A stretch of DNA of 64,000 nucleotides from the NCBI GenBank assembly GCA_942491805.1, contig CALOCG010000022.1, forward strand, positions 60,240-124,239, in the 5' to 3' direction. The translations under genes and the position numbers were made by a program. The DNA comes from Nitrospinota bacterium. Its GTDB lineage: Bacteria > Nitrospinota_A > UBA7883 > JADGGD01. Within the stretch, counting starts at the first letter, position 1. Every line of letters begins with the position of its first letter. Below the pieces are notes generated by a model, which saw only the letters and a list, made by a program, of their open reading frames with translations, had not been told where the DNA came from and did not search any database. Positions 1 through 10,738 of the stretch are shown piece after piece.

Positions 1-906
1 TTTGTTCCCGACCACCGGTTGGCAGAGTTGAAGGTTCTGCAACACCGGTATGCCGGCGTTGAACAAGGTGGAGAAGGTCTGCGAAAAACGGCTGATGGCG
101 AACATCCGATTCAGCTCGCCGAAGACCGGGAGGTCGATCTTCATCCGATCCCACCGATGAAGAAACCACGCGGATTTCTTCTTGGCCAGCCGGACGACGA
201 CGGGGGTTCCGATGGCGACGATCGCCAACACCCACCACCAGTTGACGAAAAAGTCGCTGATGATCATGACGATCCGGGTCGGCGTCGGCAGCTCGACTTT
301 CATCGCTTCGAGTATGGTGATGAACTTCGGCACGACGAAGGTGAAGAGAACGGTAATAAACAGGGTCAACGCGACGAGAACCATCACCGGATAAATCGTA
401 GCCTGCTTGACCTCGCCGACGAGCCCGTCGAGCCATTCGAGATAGGCGGACAGCTCTCGGAATGTCTGGGGCAAAGCGCCGCCCGATTCTCCGGCCTGCA
501 CCATGCTGACGAATTGATCGTCGAAGACTTCCGGGTGTCGCCCCATCCCTTCGTTAAGCAGATAGCCCGCTTCGACGTTGCGGGCCAAATCTTCGATGGT
601 CTTCTTCAGCCGGATGTTTTCGGTGTCGGAGGCTAGAGCCTGCAACGCTTCCATCAGGTTGACCCCGGCGTCGAGCAGGGCGGCGGTCTGCAAACAGAAG
701 TCGATCAGCTCCCGGCGGGTGACCGCTTTCCGGTTGAGGAGCGAAAACCCTCGCTTCGCGGTCCCGTCTTCTTTGGCTTTGCTTTCGACGAGCCAGAAGC
801 CGATGTCTCTCAACTTGATCTCGAGGGTCGATTCGTCGATGGCGGCCATGACGCCGGTGACGGTCTCGCCATCGTTGTTAACCGCGCGATACGTAAAGTC
901 AGGCAT
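1..906 (-). CDS. gspF: Type II secretion / type IV pilus platform protein, GspF/PilC family. The N-terminus is in the window; the gene runs off the left edge.
   Basis: Manual translation of the minus strand from the ATG at 904-906 (GAGG RBS upstream) gives MPDFTYRAVNNDGETVTGV...LFNAGIPV..., which looks like a T2SS_F domain. It lies downstream of gspE in the same orientation. The track ORF 19..636 (+) is the antisense artefact. Confidence 0.7.
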   Translation of the reverse strand, partial: MPDFTYRAVNNDGETVTGVMAAIDESTLEIKLRDIGFWLVESKAKEDGTAKRGFSLLNRKAVTRRELIDFCLQTAALLDAGVNLMEALQALASDTENIRLKKTIEDLARNVEAGYLLNEGMGRHPEVFDDQFVSMVQAGESGGALPQTFRELSAYLEWLDGLVGEVKQATIYPVMVLVALTLFITVLFTFVVPKFITILEAMKVELPTPTRIVMIISDFFVNWWWVLAIVAIGTPVVVRLAKKKSAWFLHRWDRMKIDLPVFGELNRMFAISRFSQTFSTLFNAGIPVLQNLQLCQPVVGNK

Positions 907-1049
907 CGGCGAAAACCGCCTCACGAAAAAGCGTCACCAAGGCAGGCGTGCGCCGGTTCTCTCCCCGCAGCCATGAACAAAAGCCGGCGTCCCCGCCGAC
1001 TCCGCGTCGCCACGTTGAGAGGGCTTTCAAGCCGTCTTGCAGAAAGCGT

Positions 1050-2753
1050 TCATTTGATGACACGAAGCACCTCGCGGATCGTCGTGACCCCCTGCAACGC
1101 TTTGACCACGCCGTCTTCGAGCATGGTGCGGAACCCGGCTTCCCGGGCGATCCGTTTCATCTCCGACGGCGATACGTTGCGCAACACGGCGTCGTGGAGG
1201 GAGTCTTCCATCTTCATGATTTCGTAGATTCCCAACCGCCCCCGATACCCGGCGCCGTTGCAGGCTTTGCATCCTTCGCCCCGCCACAGTTTCAAGGGGC
1301 GTCCTTCGGGGGCTTTCACGTTCAGTTCGAGTCCGGACAAGATTTTCTCCGGCGCCTCTTCTTCCACTTTGCACTCGTCGCAGATGCGCCGCACGAGCCG
1401 CTGCCCCACCACGCAGGCGAGCGCCGAAGTGAGCAGATACGGCTCGATCCCCATATCGACCAGACGGGGGACCGCCCCTGCGGCATCGTTGGTGTGAAGG
1501 GTGGAGAAGACCAAATGACCGGTCAGGGCGGCCCGGACGGCCAGCTCGGCGGTTTCGGCGTCTCGAATCTCGCCGACCATGATGACGTCGGGATCTTGCC
1601 GCAACAACGCCCGCAACCCGGAGGCGAACGACATGCCGACGTCGGGGCGGACTTGGGTCTGCCGGATCACCGGAAGCTGATATTCGATCGGGTCTTCCAA
1701 CGTGAAGACGGAACGTTCGGTGGTGTTGACCATCGACAACGCGGCGTAAAGCGTCGACGTTTTACCCGAACCGGTGGGGCCGGTGACGAGGATGATCCCG
1801 TGTGGATGCCCCAACACCTGCGTAAAATTATCTTCGTCTTTCTTGCCGAATCCCAAAGCGGGGAGGGTCAGCGACAGGCTTCCTTTGTCCAACACGCGGA
1901 TAACGAGATTCTCGCCGTGGACCGTCGGCAAGGTCGAGACCCGAAGATCGATACGGCGTAGACCGAGCTGGAAGGTGATGCGCCCGTCTTGCGGAACCCG
2001 TTTCTCGGTGACGTTCAGGTTGGCCATAATCTTCAGCCGAGCCGTCAACGCCGACTGGAGCTGTTTGGGCATCAACACCTGTTGGGTCAGAACGCCATCG
2101 ACCCGCATTCGAATGCGGACGATCTTTTCGTCCGGTTCGACATGGATGTCGGTGGCCCGGTTCTTGACAGCCAGCGCGATGATCTGGTCCATCAACCGGA
2201 TCATCGGCGCCTCTTCGCCCGCGTCCTCCCCCAAGGTCTCGGCGCCCTTGTTGAGAATCTGATCCATCGTCTCTTCGATGGAGCCCGACTGGGCGTAGTG
2301 ATGTTCGATGGCTTCGAGGATCGCCTGTTCCCCGGCGGTGACGACGTCGACCATTTTGCCCGACGCCTGTTCGGCGGCGTCGACGGCGACGACGTTTAAG
2401 GTGTCGACCATGGCGACGGTGAGGGTCGCTCCGTCGAGAGCGAGGGGGATGATCTTATGCTTTTTCGCCAGCTCGTAGGGGATGAGCGAGAGGGCTTCTT
2501 GTTCGATGACGGCGTTCTTGACGTCGACGACTTGCGCTTCGGTCTCTTCGGCCAAGAGCGAGGCGATGACGTCTTGGCTGACGAACCCGAGGTTTTCGAG
2601 GGCGTCGCCGAGATAGATGCCGAGCCGTTTCTGCTCGCGCAAGGCGAGTTCGAGCTGGGCCTTGCTTACCAAGCCGGCGTCGAGAAGACGCTGTCCGAGC
2701 GGCTTTTTCGTTTTTTTCTGGTCACCGGCGATGTTCGCCTCAGCTTCTGCCAT
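1050..2753 (-). CDS. gspE: Type II secretion / type IV pilus assembly ATPase, GspE/PilB family
   Basis: 567 aa. N-terminal GspII_E_N-like region, Walker A GPTGSGKTST, C-terminal tetracysteine CDEC...CKAC zinc motif. Confidence 0.9.
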   Translation of the reverse strand: MAEAEANIAGDQKKTKKPLGQRLLDAGLVSKAQLELALREQKRLGIYLGDALENLGFVSQDVIASLLAEETEAQVVDVKNAVIEQEALSLIPYELAKKHKIIPLALDGATLTVAMVDTLNVVAVDAAEQASGKMVDVVTAGEQAILEAIEHHYAQSGSIEETMDQILNKGAETLGEDAGEEAPMIRLMDQIIALAVKNRATDIHVEPDEKIVRIRMRVDGVLTQQVLMPKQLQSALTARLKIMANLNVTEKRVPQDGRITFQLGLRRIDLRVSTLPTVHGENLVIRVLDKGSLSLTLPALGFGKKDEDNFTQVLGHPHGIILVTGPTGSGKTSTLYAALSMVNTTERSVFTLEDPIEYQLPVIRQTQVRPDVGMSFASGLRALLRQDPDVIMVGEIRDAETAELAVRAALTGHLVFSTLHTNDAAGAVPRLVDMGIEPYLLTSALACVVGQRLVRRICDECKVEEEAPEKILSGLELNVKAPEGRPLKLWRGEGCKACNGAGYRGRLGIYEIMKMEDSLHDAVLRNVSPSEMKRIAREAGFRTMLEDGVVKALQGVTTIREVLRVIK

Positions 2754-2925
2754 GCCCTACTCCGCCACGATATGAAACCGGCGCCGCGATCGACTGACCG
2801 TGCAACCTCATGATTGTACTCGCTCTTTCCGACGCCCGCCACAGACGCCGGGATACGACGAAGGCGGAGACCGTCATCCGATCCCCGCCCGACGTTTCGT
2901 CCACCCGTCGCCGAGTGTTTTGTCC

Positions 2926-3540
2926 CTAGTTACTGGCCAAATAGACCCGCATGACCCCGCCGCCACCGGCGGCGTATTTGACCTTCCCTCTGATGGCGTT
3001 CGTCGCGGTGGCCATACCGGGATCCATGATGGCGTCGAGGGCGTCGAAATCGGCCGCGGCGACACCGGTAAGGGTCAGCCAGACGATCCGTCGCCCGGCG
3101 GCGACGTCGTTGCTGGTGTTGTCGTCGAACGAGATCGAGGTGCAGTTGCCGGCGGCCGCGTTGGCCCCTGCGGCGGCGCAGTTCTCGATACTGGGAACGG
3201 CGCCTATGGAGGTAAGCCCGCTCACCGGCTCGATGTAGGGTCCCTGCCACCGGGCCCACAACCCGAGCACCACACCGCCACTGGTCTCAAGCTGAGTCTG
3301 CCAAGCGGTGTTATTGGCGGCGGCGATGACGCCGTTGGCGTCGAGCGGGTTGAGGGTGCGCAGATCCTTGTACCAGTCGGCGACGCCGGAGGAGAGCCCC
3401 CGAATGTCGCCTGCCATCCGCGTGACGCGGGAATCGCTGATGACTTTAAAAATCTTGGGGGCCACCATGGCGGCCAGAATGGCGATGACGGCCAGAACGC
3501 CGATCATCTCGATGAGGGTGAAACCGCCACGTCGCTTCAT
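2926..3540 (-). CDS. Prepilin-type N-terminal cleavage/methylation domain protein (pilin / pseudopilin)
   Basis: N-terminus MKRRGGFTLIEMIGVLAVIAILAA is the class III signal peptide (G|FTLIEM) followed by a hydrophobic helix. It is the first gene of the pilin-gspE-gspF operon. Confidence 0.85.
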   Translation of the reverse strand: MKRRGGFTLIEMIGVLAVIAILAAMVAPKIFKVISDSRVTRMAGDIRGLSSGVADWYKDLRTLNPLDANGVIAAANNTAWQTQLETSGGVVLGLWARWQGPYIEPVSGLTSIGAVPSIENCAAAGANAAAGNCTSISFDDNTSNDVAAGRRIVWLTLTGVAAADFDALDAIMDPGMATATNAIRGKVKYAAGGGGVMRVYLASN

Positions 3541-3875
3541 GTCTCTACTTTCCCATGCTTCTTTTCAGTTAAACTACACCCACCGGGTCAAAAGTGATAC
3601 CCATCCCGGCAGACGACACTCTATTTTCCCCAACCCTTTCGACAATAGGTAAAAATCGGGGCACTGTCAACATATTTCACAGCAAGGCCTTTTATATCAA
3701 GGGATGAACTGAACACTTGCCCTATAACAACGCTCATTTATGTTTCATTTCGTGTCGTTCTGGATTAGAACGAATGTAAAATGCCTTTCTTTCTCATCGA
3801 CTGGCTGGACGGATCGACGTGGCCTTGGTATCATTGCGGCTTCTTTTAAACGTATTCATTACCGGAGTGTGACGC

Positions 3876-4553
3876 ATGAGTTCGTTCGAACGGTTGACTC
3901 TGTCAGCGATGGCCCTTCTCTTTGTGGCCGGATGCGATCTCTTCTCGACCGGAAGCGCCGCAAAGGCGACCTCCACCCCCGCGCCGGTGAAGAACTCATC
4001 CGTATCGGTCGCAAAAACACCCGATGCGGCTACCGCACCTACGACCAAAAAGGAAAAGACCATGCAAGAAGTCGCTGTCATCTCGACCCGCCACGGCGAT
4101 ATCGTCATCCGCTTCCGGGACGACCTGGCCCCCAAGCATGTGGAGAGCTTCAAGAAACTGGTGAAAGAGGGCTTCTATAACGGCACCTCGTTCCACCGGG
4201 TGATCCCCGGCTTCATGATCCAGGGGGGAGACCCGGAATCGAAAAACGCCGACAATCGCTCGATGCACGGCACCGGCGGGCCCGGCTATTCCATCAAAGC
4301 CGAGTTCTCCAAAACCAAACATACCCGCGGCATCGTCTCGGCGGCCCGCTCCATGGACCCCGACTCGGCCGGTTCCCAGTTCTTCATCTGCGTGGCCGAC
4401 TCCCCGTGGCTCGACGGGCAATACTCGGTCTTCGGCGAAGTGGTCGAAGGGCTCGATGTGGCCGACAAGATCGTCAACGAACCGCGCGACGCGCGGGACA
4501 ACCCGAATGAGCGGGTCGAAGTGACGATGACTTTGGAAGAACGAGAACTTTAA
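3876..4553 (+). CDS. Peptidyl-prolyl cis-trans isomerase, cyclophilin type, lipoprotein
   Basis: Lipobox LFVAGC. Cyclophilin core motifs FHRVIPGFMIQGGDP and GSQFFI. GGAG RBS. Confidence 0.9.
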   Translation: MSSFERLTLSAMALLFVAGCDLFSTGSAAKATSTPAPVKNSSVSVAKTPDAATAPTTKKEKTMQEVAVISTRHGDIVIRFRDDLAPKHVESFKKLVKEGFYNGTSFHRVIPGFMIQGGDPESKNADNRSMHGTGGPGYSIKAEFSKTKHTRGIVSAARSMDPDSAGSQFFICVADSPWLDGQYSVFGEVVEGLDVADKIVNEPRDARDNPNERVEVTMTLEEREL

Positions 4554-4579
4554 GAGTCCGCTCCTTCATCTATCGACAA

Positions 4580-4612
4580 CGCCCGGCTCTTCGGAATCGG
4601 GCGTTTTTATTT
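4580..4612. terminator. Bidirectional rho-independent terminator between the convergent cyclophilin and methyltransferase genes
   Basis: GC stem CGCCCG...CGGGCG followed by TTTTTATTTT. The methyltransferase TAA stop overlaps the T tract. Confidence 0.6.
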
Positions 4613-5296
4613 TCGCAACGCCATATAGGCGGAGAAGCGAAGGCTCTGACTGAACCGTTGGACGGTGGGGAACCCGGCTTCGGCGAGAAGCCGCATCAGG
4701 GTCGTTTCGTCGATCGGGTCGATCTCCTCTTTGATCTTGGCCATTTTCTCCCGCAACGGCGCCGGGTCGGCGCCTTTCAGGATGGCGTAGGTCCCCCACC
4801 CTTTCTCCAGCGCCTCCTTTAACGGCGACGGGTCGTGGCGCATGACGGCGGCCAGCATCAACGGGGCGCCCGGTTTCAGACGACGGGCGATCTCGACCAG
4901 ATGTTCCCGTTTCCCGTCGTCGCCACGGATGAAGTGCAACACCAACATCGAGGTGGCGCCGTCCCACCGGGTGTCGGTCGGGAGGGTGTCGAGATGGCCG
5001 TGGTGAATGTCGGGCGCCTGTTCGCCGTGACAGCGACGCCGGGTGATGGCGACCATCTGCTCCGACGGATCGACGCCGACGAGCCGCCATGCCGGGTTGG
5101 CGGCGCGCAAGGTAACCAGTTCTTCTCCTCCGCCGCAACCGACCACCAATATCGACTTTTCGCCGGGGAGGGCGTCGACCAGCAACGCGGCGGTCATGGC
5201 GTGCATCGCTTCGTAACCGGGTATGCGGTGGCGTATCTCGTCGACATAGGTCGCCCCATGATCGCCGTCGAAATCGAGTTCGTTTCCCATGGTCAT
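4607..5296 (-). CDS. Class I SAM-dependent methyltransferase
   Basis: Motif I ILVVGCGGGEEL, Rossmann-like layout, 229 aa. Confidence 0.75.
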   Translation of the reverse strand: MTMGNELDFDGDHGATYVDEIRHRIPGYEAMHAMTAALLVDALPGEKSILVVGCGGGEELVTLRAANPAWRLVGVDPSEQMVAITRRRCHGEQAPDIHHGHLDTLPTDTRWDGATSMLVLHFIRGDDGKREHLVEIARRLKPGAPLMLAAVMRHDPSPLKEALEKGWGTYAILKGADPAPLREKMAKIKEEIDPIDETTLMRLLAEAGFPTVQRFSQSLRFSAYMALRK

Positions 5297-6678
5297 CGCT
5301 CCTGATGTTTCTTGCCGAGGTCGTGGGCCAATCCTCGCATCTCGGCGGCTTCGTCATCCCGCCCCATTCTCTCCAACAGGTCGCCGAAGGTAACGAGCCA
5401 CCCGGCGGCGGTCAGGTCGTCGACGGCGCCGTCTTTCCACATGCCGATAGCGTCGATGTAGTGCCCCTCGGCTTCCATATACTGCCCGGCGCCAGACAGA
5501 TAGCGGGCCAACAGCACCCCCGACTCGGCGGTGCGCCGATGTCCGGCGCCATGAATGTTATGGTCGAGCTTGTGGGCTTCGCGCAGACGCCGTTCGGCCG
5601 CTTGCCCCGGATAGAGGGTCTCGTCGATCAGCGCCAAGGAGCGTAGCGTATCCGATTCGAGTTCCGATCCGGCCGGGTAGAGGTGTCGGGCGATGGCAAG
5701 AGCGTCGGTCAGTTTTTCGTGGGCGTCGAGATATTTCCCCTGCCGAAAAAGGAGAAGGCCGTGACGGCGGAGGATACGGGAGACTTCGTCGGAGTTTCGT
5801 CCGTTCTGCCGTTCGGCGACGACGAGGGCTTCTTTGATGGCGGTTTCGGCGGCGGCGTAGTTTTTCTTTTCGTTGGCCATTTTTGCGGTCAACAAGAGGA
5901 GAGACATGTAGTGGGGATTGAGCGGCCCTTTCTTTTTAAAGAAACCGGCGCCCTCTTGGGCCGCTTTCACGGCGACCTCGTCTTTTCCCGCCGCATGGGC
6001 CGCCGTCGCCCACGACGTCATACTCTCGCCGAACCGGGGGCTCTCTTTCCCTTGCGCCTTCACCGACGCCCCGATGACCTGTTCGGCCTCGTTGACGTTT
6101 CCTTTGGCCAAAAGCGCGCGGGAAAGATTGTTGGCCAACGCGGCGGAACGGTCGTTCCCCTCTTTCCCCCCTGCGCTCCTGTGGCGAGCGACCGCTTTTC
6201 GCAAATAATCTTCGGCCTCGTCGTAAGCGCCGCTTTTGAGCGCCGCCTCTCCGGCGCCCTCCAGATAATCGACGTTATCCGGTTCTCCGGCCAACGCCGC
6301 TTTGTAATAAGCGAGCGCTCCGGCGTAATCACCCCGGTCGGCCGCATCATCGGCGGCGTCGGCCCGTATCTCGCCGGGGCTTTTGTCGATCGTCGGATCG
6401 GACGAATCGGAGGTGGCGGGGGTGGCGCCGGTCGGGTCGCCCGTCCCTTCGACGCTCCGGCTCGACGAAGCGGGGCCGCTTCCCCCGCCGCCGGCTTTGC
6501 CTCCCCCTCCTTTCGACTTCCCGAGGCTCCCCCCTTTGATGGCGATCTTGGCGTCCTGATTTTGCATGAAGAGAAAGTAGGTGAAATAGCCTGCGCCACC
6601 GACGGCGACGAGGATGACCATGGCCGAGAGGGCCAGCTCAATCTGTTTTTGGGGGATTTTTTTCAGGAAGTCGAACAT
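5293..6678 (-). CDS. Membrane-anchored tetratricopeptide-repeat protein
   Basis: N-terminal TM helix, Gly/Ser-rich linker, then several TPR-like A/Y-rich repeats (AYYKAALAGE..., AEDYLRKA...). Confidence 0.7.
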   Translation of the reverse strand: MFDFLKKIPQKQIELALSAMVILVAVGGAGYFTYFLFMQNQDAKIAIKGGSLGKSKGGGGKAGGGGSGPASSSRSVEGTGDPTGATPATSDSSDPTIDKSPGEIRADAADDAADRGDYAGALAYYKAALAGEPDNVDYLEGAGEAALKSGAYDEAEDYLRKAVARHRSAGGKEGNDRSAALANNLSRALLAKGNVNEAEQVIGASVKAQGKESPRFGESMTSWATAAHAAGKDEVAVKAAQEGAGFFKKKGPLNPHYMSLLLLTAKMANEKKNYAAAETAIKEALVVAERQNGRNSDEVSRILRRHGLLLFRQGKYLDAHEKLTDALAIARHLYPAGSELESDTLRSLALIDETLYPGQAAERRLREAHKLDHNIHGAGHRRTAESGVLLARYLSGAGQYMEAEGHYIDAIGMWKDGAVDDLTAAGWLVTFGDLLERMGRDDEAAEMRGLAHDLGKKHQER

Positions 6679-6687
6679 AACGACCGG

Positions 6688-7014
6688 CTATTTCGGCGGG
6701 AGCTTCGATACGAACGAACGGGCATGCCGCAACCATCGCTTCAATGATCGGGCGTCGGCGAGGGCGGCGGGGGCGACGTAAAGCATCCCTTTTAACGACC
6801 GTCCGGTGAAATCCATCGCACGGGCGCCCGGCTGGGCCAAAAGCTTTTCATAAGCGTCGGGGCCGACCCTCAGCATGAGGGTGTCGTCGACCACGCCGCC
6901 GAGCATGTTCCCGTTGAACAGAAAACAGAGACCGCCGAACATCTTTTTCTCGGTCACCGGATCGTCTTTTAACGCGCGTCGGATACGCTCGGCCAACGTC
7001 TCGTCATAGGCCAT
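6688..7014 (-). CDS. TfoX/Sxy N-terminal domain family protein
   Basis: 108 aa with the KKMFGGLCFLFNGNMLGGV core typical of the TfoX_N fold. Confidence 0.55.
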   Translation of the reverse strand: MAYDETLAERIRRALKDDPVTEKKMFGGLCFLFNGNMLGGVVDDTLMLRVGPDAYEKLLAQPGARAMDFTGRSLKGMLYVAPAALADARSLKRWLRHARSFVSKLPPK

Positions 7015-7108
7015 GGGACATCTCCATGCAGGGGAGGGAGAAGCGATGTGAATGCCGTTCCGGAGACGCTCCGTTTTTTCAAAAAGAAAGAAGACCTTAT
7101 TCCTCTCC

Positions 7109-9799
7109 TTAGCGCTCGCTGGCGCCGTGGCATTTTTTGTATTTTTTGCCCGAGCCGCAAGGGCAGGGGTCGTTGCGCCCCACCTTCTTCTCCGTTCGGC
7201 GGACCGTCCTGTCGACCGGCTCCGGCTCCTCCCCCCCGTGCGAGGCGATCATCCGCCGTTGCGCCTCGGCTTCTTTCTCCCGCTGTTTTCGTTCCAGCTC
7301 CGCCTCGTCCTTCGGCTTCACATGGACGTGCGACAACATCGACACCGAATCGTTTCTGATCCGGTCGATCATCTCCGCAAACAATCCCATCCCCTCCCGT
7401 TTGTACTCCGTCAACGGGTTCTTCTGGGCGAATCCCCTGAGGCCGATCCCCTCTTTCAGGTAATCCATCGAGAGAAGATGATCTTTCCAGTTCGAATCGA
7501 GGACTTCGAGGGTGACGTACTTTTGCACATCCCGCCAGACCTTCTCCCCCATTTCCTCCCGTTTCGCCGCGAAATGAGCCTCGACGGCCTCCCAAATCAT
7601 TTCTTTCAGCGGCTCGAAGGTGACGGTCTCGAAAGGAATCCGTTTCCCCCCGATGGCCATATCTTTATTTTCCGCCAACACGATGGTGACGTTGTAGTTG
7701 TGTTGTACCGCATCAATCAGCCCCGCCAGATCCCACTCTTCCGGGTCGCTTTTCTCCGGGGTGGCATGCTCCATCAGCTCGTCCAGCGACGCCGCCGCCA
7801 TATCGAGCACCAGCTCGTCGAGATCGTCCCCTTTCAGGATCGTCGTCCGCTGGTCGTAGATCACCTCCCGCTGCTTGTTCATCACGTCGTCGTATTCGAG
7901 GAGATGTTTACGCATGTCGAAGTTGTGGGCCTCTACTTTCCGCTGGGCGTTCTCAATCGCGCGGCTGACCAGCCCCGCCTCGATCGGCTCCCCCTCTTCC
8001 ATGCCGAGCCGTTCCATCAACCCTTGGATACGGTCGCCGCCGAAGATGCGCAACAGGTCGTCTTCCAACGAAAGATAGAATCGGGTGGCGCCCGGATCGC
8101 CCTGACGACCGGCGCGCCCCCGGAGCTGGTTGTCGATCCGACGCGACTCGTGCCGTTCGGTGCCGAGGATCAGCAGGCCGCCTGCCGCCAACACCTGCTC
8201 GTGCTCGGCGGCGCACTGTTCCCGCATGGCGTCGAACACCGCTTGGTACTCTTCGTCGTCCTCTTCGAGCTCTTGCTGGCGAACCATCATCTCCGGGTTG
8301 CCGCCGAGGACGATGTCGGTGCCGCGACCGGCCATGTTGGTGGCGATGGTGACGGCGCCCAAACGTCCCGCCTGGCTGACGATCTCCGCCTCTTTCTCGT
8401 GGAACTTGGCGTTGAGCACATGGTGGGGGATGTTCCGCGCTTTCAACAACGCCGAGAGGGCTTCCGATTTTTCGATGGAGATGGTGCCGACCAACGCCGG
8501 TTGCCCCTTGCCGTGGGCTTCGACGATCTCGTCGGCGATGGCGGCATATTTTTCCTTCACCGTCTTGTAGATCAGGTCGGCCCTGTCGTCTCGGATCATC
8601 GGGCGGTTGGTCGGGATGATGAGGACTTCGAGATCGTAGATCTCGGCGAACTCGGCCGCTTCGGTGTCGGCGGTGCCGGTCATGCCGGACAACTTGTCGT
8701 ACATCCGAAAGAAGTTCTGGAAGGTGATGGTGGCGAGGGTCTGGTTTTCGTTTTCGACCTTCACCCCCTCCTTCGCCTCGATGGCCTGATGGATACCGTC
8801 GGACCAGCGACGTCCCGGCATCAGACGCCCGGTGAACTCGTCGACGATGACGATCTTCCCCTCTTTGACCATGTAGTCGACATCTTTTTTGAAAATGACG
8901 TGGGCCTTCATGGCGGCCTGCACATGGTGCAACAGCTCGACGTTGGTCGGGTCGTAGAGGTTCTCGACCCCCAAGGCCTCTTCGGCCACCGCGATCCCCT
9001 CTTCCGTCAGCATGACCGAACGGGCTTTTTCGTCGACGGTGTAATGCTCTTCGATCGTAAGCTTGCGGGGGACCGTCTTCTCGACCTTGTGATACCACTC
9101 GGTGGAACGTTCCGCCGGACCGGAGATGATCAACGGCGTTCGGGCTTCGTCGATCAGGATCGAGTCGACCTCATCGACGATGGCGTAGTGGAGCCGCTGC
9201 ACCTGTTGGGCGGAGGCGAACTTCATGTTGTCGCGCAGATAGTCGAAACCAAGTTCGTTGTTGGTGCAGTAGGTGATGTCGGCGTTGTAGGCTTCGGCCC
9301 GTTCTTCGTCGTTGAGGCCGTGCTGAATGACCCCGACGGTCATGCCGAGGAATCGATACAGGCGCCCCATCCACTCGGCGTCGCGACGGGCGAGGTAGTC
9401 GTTGACGGTGACGACATGCACCCCTTTGCCGGCCAGCGCGTTCAGATAGCAGGGCAGCGTGGCGACGAGGGTCTTTCCCTCACCGGTTCGCATCTCGGCG
9501 ATCCGCCCTTGATGCAGCGCGACGCCGCCGATGAGCTGGACGTCGAAGTGACGCATGCCGAGCGCCCGCTTCCCCCCTTCGCGGCAGACGGCGAAAGCTT
9601 CGTTCAAGAGGTCGTCGACCGTTTCGCCCGCTTCGATCCGCTGGCGAAATTCGACGGTTTTCGCTTGTAACGCTTCGTCGGAAAGGGAAGCGATCCCCTC
9701 TTCGAGCGCGTTGATCGGCTCGACGTATTCTTTGAATATCCGCTTAATGTCCCGCTCGTTGCGGGATCCGAAGACTTTTTTGAGAAGAGTTCCAATCAT
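7109..9799 (-). CDS. secA: Preprotein translocase ATPase SecA
   Basis: 896 aa. DEAD-like motor motifs. C-terminal [14 protein letters not shown] zinc-binding tail. Strongly conserved N-terminus [20 protein letters not shown]. Confidence 0.95.
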   Translation of the reverse strand: MIGTLLKKVFGSRNERDIKRIFKEYVEPINALEEGIASLSDEALQAKTVEFRQRIEAGETVDDLLNEAFAVCREGGKRALGMRHFDVQLIGGVALHQGRIAEMRTGEGKTLVATLPCYLNALAGKGVHVVTVNDYLARRDAEWMGRLYRFLGMTVGVIQHGLNDEERAEAYNADITYCTNNELGFDYLRDNMKFASAQQVQRLHYAIVDEVDSILIDEARTPLIISGPAERSTEWYHKVEKTVPRKLTIEEHYTVDEKARSVMLTEEGIAVAEEALGVENLYDPTNVELLHHVQAAMKAHVIFKKDVDYMVKEGKIVIVDEFTGRLMPGRRWSDGIHQAIEAKEGVKVENENQTLATITFQNFFRMYDKLSGMTGTADTEAAEFAEIYDLEVLIIPTNRPMIRDDRADLIYKTVKEKYAAIADEIVEAHGKGQPALVGTISIEKSEALSALLKARNIPHHVLNAKFHEKEAEIVSQAGRLGAVTIATNMAGRGTDIVLGGNPEMMVRQQELEEDDEEYQAVFDAMREQCAAEHEQVLAAGGLLILGTERHESRRIDNQLRGRAGRQGDPGATRFYLSLEDDLLRIFGGDRIQGLMERLGMEEGEPIEAGLVSRAIENAQRKVEAHNFDMRKHLLEYDDVMNKQREVIYDQRTTILKGDDLDELVLDMAAASLDELMEHATPEKSDPEEWDLAGLIDAVQHNYNVTIVLAENKDMAIGGKRIPFETVTFEPLKEMIWEAVEAHFAAKREEMGEKVWRDVQKYVTLEVLDSNWKDHLLSMDYLKEGIGLRGFAQKNPLTEYKREGMGLFAEMIDRIRNDSVSMLSHVHVKPKDEAELERKQREKEAEAQRRMIASHGGEEPEPVDRTVRRTEKKVGRNDPCPCGSGKKYKKCHGASER

Positions 9800-9871
9800 G
9801 ACGCTATTCTGTTAAATGGGGAAAAACTGGATTATACACCATTCCCCCCGACACCCAAGGAGGAGCTCTTC

Positions 9872-10606
9872 ATGCGTTCGATCACTCTGGCCATCCTCAT
9901 GGGAGCGCCGTTCGCCTTTGTCCATGCGGCCATCGCCGACGTCACCCTCACCTATGCCGTCGCCGACCAACCGGCCCCGCTGGTGGTCGAGTATCGGGAC
10001 GACGCGACCATGCGCGGAGGACGGTCGAAGAACGAGTTCGCCATCGTCAACGAAGGGGCGCTCTACTACTGCCAACGGAGCGGAGGGCGATGGCGCGTGG
10101 TCGACGTGGCCCGGGCCGCCGACGAACTCGACCAGACCGGCCTTGGCGGGATCGTCCGCCAAGAGGTGAGCCGACGGAACAGATCGGTCCCGGTGGAAAA
10201 GGTGACCCTCACCGACACCGGTAAACCGGAGGTGGTGGCCGGTGTCGCCGGAACGGTCTATGACGCGCTGGTGGAAAAAGAGGACGGCTCGACCGAAACC
10301 CACGAGCTGGTGATGACCAAAGACCCCCGCGCCCTCTCGGCGTGGAACGGGTTTATGGGGGTGGCGTCGAAAAACCTCGAAGCGATCGGCGACGTCATCG
10401 ACCTCGGCGTGGCCGGGATACGGTCGGCGAAAGTCCTCGATACCTTCCGCGACGCGGGGGTGGCGCCGATCCGTATCGACGACCGGATGCGGCTCGCAAA
10501 GGTGGAGGAGACGGCTATCGCCGACGCCCGGTTCAAACTCCCCGCCAAACCGGTGGGGCTGGTCGGAGGTGGGTTGTCGGAACTGGAGAAGATTTTGGGC
10601 AGATAG
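9872..10606 (+). CDS. Secreted hypothetical protein
   Basis: Signal peptide MRSITLAILMGAPFAFVHA. No recognisable catalytic motif. GGAG RBS. Confidence 0.5.
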   Translation: MRSITLAILMGAPFAFVHAAIADVTLTYAVADQPAPLVVEYRDDATMRGGRSKNEFAIVNEGALYYCQRSGGRWRVVDVARAADELDQTGLGGIVRQEVSRRNRSVPVEKVTLTDTGKPEVVAGVAGTVYDALVEKEDGSTETHELVMTKDPRALSAWNGFMGVASKNLEAIGDVIDLGVAGIRSAKVLDTFRDAGVAPIRIDDRMRLAKVEETAIADARFKLPAKPVGLVGGGLSELEKILGR

Positions 10607-10624
10607 GGCGAGGATGGAGCGTCA

Positions 10625-10665
10625 TAGTGAAAAAGGGACCGGATCTTGCGACCCGGCCCTTTTCT
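10625..10665. terminator. Possible bidirectional terminator between the secreted protein gene and pstS
   Basis: An A-run, an imperfect GC stem GGGACCGG...CCGGCCC, then a TTTTCTTTT tract. Confidence 0.35.
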
Positions 10666-10738
10666 TTTGCAACTCGTCCTCAACCTGTCCCGGCCCGGCT
10701 CTGTGAGAAAGATTGGGCCAGAGGTGGCCGTAAGGCCG

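Noticed and set aside
19-636. A 205-aa plus-strand ORF at the left edge.
   Set aside because: It is antisense to the clearly recognisable GspF/PilC-family gene (minus strand, 1..906).
3541-3875. A sigma-54 promoter upstream of the pilin gene, or an sRNA in the 335-nt AT-rich spacer.
   Set aside because: No GG-N10-GC (TGGCAC-N5-TTGC) match was found on the pilin strand. Nothing can be decided about an sRNA without expression data.
7052-9670. 872-aa ORF on the plus strand antisense to secA. Similar long ORFs lie antisense to other genes: 15196..17415 (-), 31474..32766 (-), 36189..37181 (+), 38364..39779 (+), 46187..47863 (+), 48821..50914 (+), 51947..54025 (+), 56511..57584 (+).
   Set aside because: They are rich in Arg, Gly, Pro, Asp and His with low complexity and no family similarity. 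Each overlaps a strongly conserved gene on the other strand. This is the typical stop-codon-poor antisense frame of high-GC DNA.
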